A stretch of 50,648 nt of DNA, taken from Callorhinchus milii (lineage: Eukaryota). The position numbers and the translations under genes are program-made. Positions within the stretch are counted from its first letter, which is position 1, and each line of letters starts with the position of its first letter. The stretch is from NCBI RefSeq assembly GCF_018977255.1, contig NW_024705373.1, positions 1 to 50,648 on the forward strand. Reading direction: 5' to 3'. The notes beneath the pieces were generated by a model. That model worked only from the letters and a program-made list of their open reading frames with translations. It was not told the origin of the DNA and did no database searches. Positions 35,062 to 50,648 of this stretch are shown here, in pieces.

Positions 35062-36672
35062 CTACCCATCTACCGGGTCTCCATTTGACTTTGTATTGTC
35101 TAAGAAGTCCACCCACACCTCCACTTCCACAAACTGCTGGGAGTTGCCTAGCTCTGCCTCGCAGTCAGAATTCTCCTCCTGCTTCACGTTGTCTCCATCG
35201 ATGTGAAGGTACGATTTTGGAGTTGAATCTTCATCTTCACAGTTTACCGTCACTTTTTCGCTCTTCACCATCACTTCACATTTCACCTTCACTTCTTCGC
35301 TCTTCATCACTTCTTCACATTTCACCTTCGCCTCTTCACATTTCACCTTGATACCTTTAAAAGTGTCCAAGCTGGGATTCACTTCTGGTTTCATGAGGGA
35401 TGGGCTCATTGCAGCACTTTGACTTTCACAAGCCGATTTCAGACTCCATTTCTTGGGGATCTTCTGATGATTGTGTGTCCTCTGGTGTCTTTTAAGAATT
35501 GATGACTGTGCAAACGCCTTCCCACACAGAGTGCAACTGAAGGGTTTCTCTCCCGTGTGTGTTCTCTGGTGTCTATGAAGACCTGATGACTGTGCAAATG
35601 CCTTGTCACACACAGTGCACTTGAAGGGTTTCTCTCCCGTGTGTGTTCTCTGGTGTAATTGAAGATGTTGTGAATGTGCAAACGCCTTCCCACACACAGT
35701 GCACTTGAAGGGTTTCTCTCCAGTGTGTGTTCTCTGGTGTAATTTAAGATATGGTGATTGTGCAAACGCCTTCCCACACAGAGTGCAACTGAAGGGTTTC
35801 TCTCCTGTGTGTGTTCTCTGGTGTATTTTAAGATGTTGTGAATGTGCAAACGCCTTCCCACACAAAGTGCAACTGAAGGGTTTCTCTCTCGTGTGAGTTC
35901 TCTGATGTAATACAAGAGCAGATGACTGTGAAAACGCCTTCTCGCACAGACTACACTTGAAGGGTTTTTCTCCTGTGTGTGTTATCCGGTGTTTTTTAAG
36001 AGGAGATTTATCTGAAAATGCCTTCCCACACACACTGCACTTGAAGGGTTTATCTCCCGTGTGTGTTCTCTGGTGCGATACAAGACCAGATGACTGTGAA
36101 AACGCCTTCCCGCACAGACTGCACCTGAAGAGTTTCTCTCCCGTGTGTGTTCTCTGGTGGATTCTAAGAACTGATGAATGTGAAAATGCCTTGTCACACA
36201 CAGTGCACTTGAAGGGTTTCTCTCCTGTGTGTGTTCTCTGGTGTATTTTAAGATTTTGTGAACGTGCAAACGCCTTCCCACACAGAGTGCAACTGAAGGG
36301 TTTCTCTCCCGTGTGTGTTCTCTGATGTAATACAAGAGCAGATGACTGTGAAAACGCCTTCGCGCACAGACTGCACTTGAAGGGTTTTTCTCCTGTGTGT
36401 GTTCTCCGGTGTTTTTTAAGAGCAGATGAATTTGAAAATGCCTTCCCACACACACTGCACTTGAAGGGTTTTTCTTCCGTGTGTGTTCTCTGGTGGTTCC
36501 TTAGAACTGATGGATATGAAAATGCCTTGTCACACACAGTGCACTTGAAGGGTTTCTCTCCTGTGTGAGTTCTCTGGTGCTGTGTTAAATGTCCAACACG
36601 ATCCATGCTGTATGCACGCTGGTCGCGTTGTTGCCTTTTTGTACCGAGCTGCGCTGAGTGCCTTTGTTCCAT
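35062..36672 (-). CDS. C2H2 zinc-finger protein C: 13 fingers plus SUMO-motif tail (536 aa from the ATG)
   Basis: Intact ORF with the ATG at 36672 (the track's 36675 start is a TTG), 13 canonical fingers and an acceptor at 36701. Confidence 0.93.
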   Translation of the reverse strand: MEQRHSAQLGTKRQQRDQRAYSMDRVGHLTQHQRTHTGEKPFKCTVCDKAFSYPSVLRNHQRTHTEEKPFKCSVCGKAFSNSSALKKHRRTHTGEKPFKCSLCAKAFSQSSALVLHQRTHTGEKPFSCTLCGKAFARSQNLKIHQRTHTGEKPFKCTVCDKAFSHSSVLRIHQRTHTGEKLFRCSLCGKAFSQSSGLVSHQRTHTGDKPFKCSVCGKAFSDKSPLKKHRITHTGEKPFKCSLCEKAFSQSSALVLHQRTHTREKPFSCTLCGKAFAHSQHLKIHQRTHTGEKPFSCTLCGKAFAQSPYLKLHQRTHTGEKPFKCTVCGKAFAHSQHLQLHQRTHTGEKPFKCTVCDKAFAQSSGLHRHQRTHTGEKPFSCTLCGKAFAQSSILKRHQRTHNHQKIPKKWSLKSACESQSAAMSPSLMKPEVNPSLDTFKGIKVKCEEAKVKCEEVMKSEEVKVKCEVMVKSEKVTVNCEDEDSTPKSYLHIDGDNVKQEENSDCEAELGNSQQFVEVEVWVDFLDNTKSNGDPVDG

Positions 36673-37415
36673 CAAACCAATTCTGCAGAGGAAGCGTCAG
36701 CTGCAGACAGAAAAAAGAGAATATCCACACTATCTACGTCAGTATTGAGGCACAAAGGAATGCATATATACAGTCACACATGACTTGCATGTCTATACTC
36801 ATTCATATATTCATGATAATATGAAAAAGATTCCCAAATTCATCACACGGGCACACAATTAGAGGGCCAATGGTCAACCTGGAAGCCCTAGTATCTTCAA
36901 AATGAATGTTAACCTAAAACTCCAAGCACACAATTTCAGTTTTCTGGCTACAAAAAGAATATTTATAAAAGAAAAATGCAGCTAACATAGAAAAGGGTGT
37001 TGAAAATAATACTATTTTTATTATGCAGAAATGCATAAATTAATGTTCAATCGCTAACTTAGAGGCATGAAGCCAGGCTCAGATTTCCTTGAATGCTGGG
37101 ATGAACAGATCTAACTTCAGCTGCATATGTGCAGTGTTAATTTCCTGTTTCCATTCTCCTAAAAATTTCCAGAGGAAAAAAAGTATATACTATTGTTTTG
37201 ATTTAACCTCCGTGTTCAATCGAGTTAATATACTTTACTGCAAATACAAACTTGACACTGTAACACACACTGGCATGGAAAAAAGGTGGTGGTGTGTTCA
37301 GAACCATGCCTGGCCACCTTCATATGCTCATTATTAATGCTTCCCCACAATAAGTTAAGTTTTCATGAATCAATCACGTTTGTTGTCAGAGATAATCAAA
37401 CTTTAATTGTGATAA

Positions 37416-37714
37416 CACTATGTAACACAATTTTTGTTCCTGGGTACTAAGTGTTATTTTTTTTATTGCTTATGCCTAAGAGTCTAGAAATTGGCTATTA
37501 TTCCCCACAAATTTTGCTTTTGTGACCAGAATTGTACGTGAACGAAAATAACAAATTCACCTGTTTTTTCATTGAAAAGAGGTACATTTCTAAATATCAC
37601 TGTCCTGGTCACAAAAGCAAAGTTTGTGGGGAATAGCCAATTTTTGTACTTAAGAGGCAAAAGCAATTAGGAAATAACACATACAGGAACAAGACATTTT
37701 TTTGTTACACAGTG
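37416..37714. mobile_element. Chapaev3-like MITE (unit C copy)
   Basis: CACTATGTAAC...GTTACACAGTG termini with long TIRs. Confidence 0.75.
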
Positions 37715-37759
37715 GAAAAACTGCGCCACCGCTCCCCACATAGATAAACTCTTACATAC

Positions 37760-40620
37760 ACATATATTTCACATGAATGCCATGTAAGTGTGGATCACTT
37801 GTCAGCATGTCATGAGAATGATCCAGGTGTCAAGGGATGACTGACTGAGATGATTAACAGACGCACCAGCTGTGCTTCCTGCTGTCTTGCTGCATTTGAG
37901 GCACCCAGCGTTCCACCCATTCATGTGATCGTTGCTACTCCAACCTCATTGTTGTTGCAGAGCAAATACCTCCAACTCCCCTGCAGCATACGTCATGGGC
38001 CTCTTCGAGAGGCCGATCTTGACAGCAGGTCTGATCAACTCCACATCCTCCAATCTCTTCTCTAGCCAATGCCATGCCCGTTTAGCCCGTAACATCTGGA
38101 CTAACAGAAGATGATTGTGCATGCTGTCTGTTTATGCGGAATTCATGACCCAACCAATGCAGCCTCCCTGCCAAAGTCTCAGATTATATTCTGTACTGAT
38201 ATTTTAGGGCTCTGTAAGGTTATAATACAATCTTGTTTGGTTCAATAGAGGGGATCATAGGCTGGCCAGTCTTAATTATAAGCCAGAACAGACGGTCCTT
38301 TAAATAAGTTAATATTTTGCATCTACAGAGAAAGGAGTAATATCTGTGGCCAAGAAGACTCGCAGCTTTGTTTGTTCGTTTATTTCTAAATCCTCTTGTC
38401 TTGGTGAGGGTTGTAGCGGCAGCAGATTTAGTAGGGCAGTCCAGACTTCCCTTTCCCTGGCGACAGACTCTGGATCTTCCTGGGGAATTCCCAGGCATTC
38501 CCAAATCAGCCAAGCGACATATTCCCACCAGCAAGTCCAGGCCCGGGCCCCGGGGACTTCCCTCAGTGGGACGTGCCCGATAGAGTTCCAGGGGCAGTCT
38601 ATTGGGGGGCCTCGTTACAGATATTGTATATTGATATCACTCGTGGAATGAGGCCTGGTGGCTCGGTGACCCACGTAACCCATTTGGACCCAGCCTGGAA
38701 TGGCTGCGTGGCACCGTCCTGTGCGCCCACCATCCACAGTACGAAGAGTGAGAGGCGGGTGCGATGCCAGTATGGCAGGGAGAGGGATGGTCTCAGACAG
38801 ACTAGACCTTGGTGATGGACACTCACAGCTTTGTATGGCGCAAAAGTCCAGGCAGCTTCCACACAGTGTTACACAGTCTAATGAAAGAATGCTGCTAGAC
38901 AAATTTAAAGTGAGACTTTGGCTGCCAAACCAGAGCTGGTCGTGAACACATTAACCAGGTATGGGAGCTCCTCCATTACTTGCAGAACTGCCTGATTACT
39001 CATGGAGAGTTGAGCAGGTACAGTGTTGTATGACATGAAATTCCCAGGCAGGTGATTTATTTTGGTGGAACATACGCAAGGCCACCTTTCATGATGGAAT
39101 TATCCGGGCACAGAACGAGATTATCTAACCCGATCTCATTGAGTAGCCATTTCCAGATCATCAGCAGATATAACATGGTTGACCAGGGAACGATCCCTTA
39201 ACTATAACCAGGCATCGATGCGCGTATCATTTTAACTGTAACGAATGCAATTATTTATATGGCTATTGTGAGCTTCTCAAATTACATAATTAATGAAGAT
39301 GCTATGTAATGCAATGCATGGGGGCAGAGTGAATTTCTGTCACAAGCCAAATTGAACAGCAAATGGCTCCAACTCCTGGTCACGCAGCTTTAGACGGGCT
39401 TGCCCAAAATCATAAAAATCGTCAATGAATGTGAGCAGAGGCCGAGACATAAAAAACAAAGAACAACCCAAAGCCCCAAGCCTCGATATGGTACGATAGA
39501 CCTTAATTACATAAAAAAGCAGAGACATTACTCTTAATGTTTGATTACTGAGACCTGAGCTAAGCCGGGTAACTTAGTTATTGCTGGATAAATACTATAC
39601 TTCCGATGAAGTTTGTGTGTGAGTGGGGAGCAGTAGTGCAACGGTTAGCGTGCTGCGCTATGAACCCAGCGAGCCGATTTCTATTCCCACAGAGCCAAGC
39701 CACAACATTTGGCTGTCGTCTGATGAAGCTGGTTGGAATTACTGTCAAAACGTTGTACTTAGATTGTAAATGTTGTGGCTTGGCTCTCCAACACACCGGT
39801 GAGATGTACTAGTACACTACACTACACACTAGTGCTGTACTAGTGACGCATTGGGCACGTTCTGTTTACCTGACAAACCTCTTACTAAATGGCTGTGTCG
39901 GGTGGTGGCGGGGTTAACGGCACATTGATTTATTTACGCGATCAATCCCAAACAAACCTGTATTATGGCTGTATATTTGGAGTTTGCGTGTCCCTCTCTC
40001 TCCGTGGTCGCGTGGATTCTCCTCCGGATCCTGCGGTTTTCCCTGCACATTTAGAGTCAACATCACCACGCGTTTAGAGTATTTGACCGATAAACATTTC
40101 CACACGTTGATAAGCCCACTGCGTTGTGGGCAGGTCGCTTCTGAAAAAGAGCGGTGTAGCTCAAGTGGGCTATGCCTGGTAAAATAAAAAAAAACGTAGA
40201 AATATTTAAAGTAAAACAAAGTTTCAAAGTAGTGAGCCAGGTGAAGACAAATTAAACTTAAGCAGAGAATTAAAGCAAATGCAATCAGGCGAGGGCAGGA
40301 GGCAAGGCCCCGCATGGCTAGGCCCCGCGTTGTAATGTTTCAACCTGGACATCGATTCCATACTCGCTGCTACTCAATTGATATCCCTACGAGGGAGAAG
40401 GAGCGAGGCTCTACCTGGGTTCACAACAACAACCACCACAACCACAACAACAACAACCACCACGATGTAAACTTCTCCCCACGGATCTCCGTGCGCGAGC
40501 GTGCGCAGAGCAGAAGCTCCTGGTATGTCGTGACGTCACTTGCGGCAGCAGGAGGTGACATGACGTCACTTGCGGGGTTCACACAATCCCCTCCCCGAGC
40601 GAGCAGCAGTGTAACTGAAT
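37760..40620. repeat. Paralogous block of unit C (pairs with 30062-33690)
   Basis: Collinear with unit B but lacks the 297-bp hammerhead element and about 450 bp (31840-32288). Confidence 0.85.
40415..40620 (-). promoter_or_regulatory. Candidate promoter and first exon of ZNF C
   Basis: TGACGTCA at 40531 and 40561; conserved donor-like CAG|GTAGAG at 40415. Confidence 0.45.
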
Positions 40621-40628
40621 AAATGATA

Positions 40629-41872
40629 TTTCGAGTTAAAGCTTTCGTGACTGCAGGGATTCATTTTCTTGGTTATTTCGGTAAAGTAACGTAGAAGGGA
40701 GATAATAAAATAATAAAAATAAACCATAATAAAATAAAATTCTCACGACGTTTCGGCCACAACAAAAGCAGCCGTCCTCAGGTGAAGAAGAGAGCTGTCG
40801 GAAAAACAGCGTCTCAATGAACGCTGCTAAGCTTGGCAGCGTCTTTCAGCTGGGTTGGAGGAGCAGAGTGCCTTGACAAAGGAGTTACATATCAACAGAG
40901 GAATTTAGCATATTGACGCTAAACAACTGCAACTACCCTACTACCATACAATAAACCGACGTGAAAACAACTAAATATAAACTACACCAATATAATCAAT
41001 GTACTCAATATACTCTCCAACAGGGGCGGTTTCTTCATTAGGGCGATTGGGCGACGCACCACCAATGTCATTAAACCACAGAGTCACGCTAGCCGTCACT
41101 GTCAGCCTCTGGATATAGTCCAATCAGCGTCATGCTACGTTCTGTGGAGTACCGCCTCTTTTTGGGCGATTTCACTCCGGCTGAGAATCGCCCCGAGTGG
41201 CCCCATAGACTTACATTGAAAGATGTTTTTTTCGAACGGGGGCGCTGCAATGCATTCTCTATGGCTTCCGGGAGGGCTCGCCCTAACGTGCTTACGTCAT
41301 CATACGTGTTTACGTCATCATACGTGCTTACGTCATCATACATAAGCACGTTTCATCCAACAATATAATTTGTGGCCACCTAGTGGAATCTTTAATAAAA
41401 GAAACTTGAGTGGTTTGTTTTAATAGTGAGTATAGAAACAAACAAGATGTATTGTAAGAGTCACTTTATTTTCATTAATATTAAAGAAGTGAAGTTGCCT
41501 TTACATGCTTAAGCTGTTAATTTATCCATTGCATGGGTGGACCTTATCCTTATCAATCATCCAGACATTTGCCCCCCCTGAGAGATTTTGCAGGAGCTGC
41601 CACTGCTCTCCAATAACCTGAGCTCTGAACATTACGTAACTGGGTATACACTACACTATATAATGACTACCAAAACTCCTTTGTCAAGCACTCTGCTCTC
41701 CCACCCAGCTTAAAAGACGCTACCAAGCTTAAAAGCGTTCATTGAGACGCTGTTTTCCGACAGCTCTCTTCTTCACCTGAGGACGGCTGCTTGTGTTGTG
41801 GCCGAAACGTCGAGAATTGAATTTTTTATTTCCCTACTACGTGACTTTACCGAAAGAACCAAGAATATGAAT
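40629..41872. mobile_element. Penelope-derived inverted-repeat element with hammerheads at 40740-40787 (minus, intact) and 41772-41816 (plus, helix I damaged)
   Basis: Arms at about 40629-40893 and 41674-41872 are inverted copies of each other; a hAT MITE sits in the spacer. Confidence 0.82.
41021..41605. mobile_element. Non-autonomous hAT element (585 bp)
   Basis: 8-bp TSD CTCTCCAA (41013-41020, 41606-41613); imperfect TIRs CAGGGGCGGTTTCTTC/CAGTGGCAGCTCCTGC. Confidence 0.9.
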
Positions 41873-42000
41873 ACATTATGATGTGCCGGGCTCATTAACA
41901 CTTAGTGACGAATGGCGGTTGTTGTTTTTGAGCCTTCTTATCCCGGAGCTTGTTGAAAGATCTTAAAGTTTTGTGGAATCCCACCCCGTAGTGGCGGTTA

Positions 42001-42346
42001 AATTTCGATTTAAAGCTTTCGTGACTGCAGGGATTCATCTTCTTGGTTCTTTCTTCCTACGCATTTCACAAGTAGTACTAATCGCATATCTGCATTTCCC
42101 ATAAATATGCTAAATTCCTCTTGATATGCAAATTATCTTGTCAAGGCGCTCTTCGCCCCTCCATCCCAGCTTAAATAGTCGCTCCAAGCCTGGGGCTTGT
42201 TATTCAGACTCTGTCTCCTCGACACACCTGTTCTCCACCTGAGGACGGATACTTGCGTTGTGGCCGAAACGTCGTGAGAATTATTTTATTATGTTTTATT
42301 TTTATTATTTAAATTCTACGTGACTTTACAGAAAGAACCAAGAAGA
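42001..42346 (+). mobile_element. Penelope-derived repeat with a short inverted end and a hammerhead at 42231-42280 (plus)
   Basis: cac-CTGAGGA-c-ggatac..gtggcc-GAAAC-GTC-gtgagaa; inverted terminus at 42001-42054. Confidence 0.8.
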
Positions 42347-42513
42347 TTATCCAGAAATTATACAACGGAGATAACACATCAATTATCACCCGCTAATGAC
42401 AGACTCATGCCCACATGCAGGCTAGAGCAGGGTCACCTTATGCACACAGAGGCAGCTGCCACTTGGGGGTGCTCTTCGAGTGTTTGTGATGATATATGAA
42501 ACAACACTGAGTT

Positions 42514-50648
<8,135 letters not shown>

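Noticed and set aside
37416..37714. RSS-like CACAGTG heptamer suggesting a Transib or RAG-type element
   Set aside because: Read from the outside in, the termini are CACTATG and CACTGTG, and the family flanks are 3-bp TAA, not a 5-bp TSD; no nonamer is seen. Chapaev3 fits better.

Overview
Repeat-rich animal genomic DNA, probably vertebrate. A V-SINE-like core and a Chapaev3 transposase would fit a jawless vertebrate such as lamprey, but this is inference. The backbone is a tandem cluster of minus-strand C2H2 zinc-finger genes with no KRAB domain visible: A (5813-6731, 5 fingers, 2 frameshifts), B (24176-25525, 11 fingers), C (35062-36672, 13 fingers) and A' (48264-49184, a near-identical copy of A). 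Their DNA-contact residues are highly diverged, but they share a C-terminal tail with 6-7 tandem psi-K-x-E (SUMO-acceptor consensus) motifs and a SIM-like hydrophobic end. The cluster is packed with nested transposons: hAT copies, a Gypsy remnant and solo LTRs, a full-length RTE LINE with a 12-bp TSD and an HDV-like ribozyme core in its 5' UTR, a Chapaev3 element and MITEs, Helitron-like ends flanking an RTE fragment, V-SINE-like remnants and a Penelope 3' end. Eleven minimal type I hammerhead ribozyme motifs lie in Penelope-derived terminal repeats, mostly as inverted pairs. Three of these small elements have 13-bp TSDs, and one has an exact empty site in the paralogous unit. Bases 1-8204 recur at 42514-50648 (recent duplication or assembly artefact). 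All calls come from reading the sequence by eye; no searches were run.
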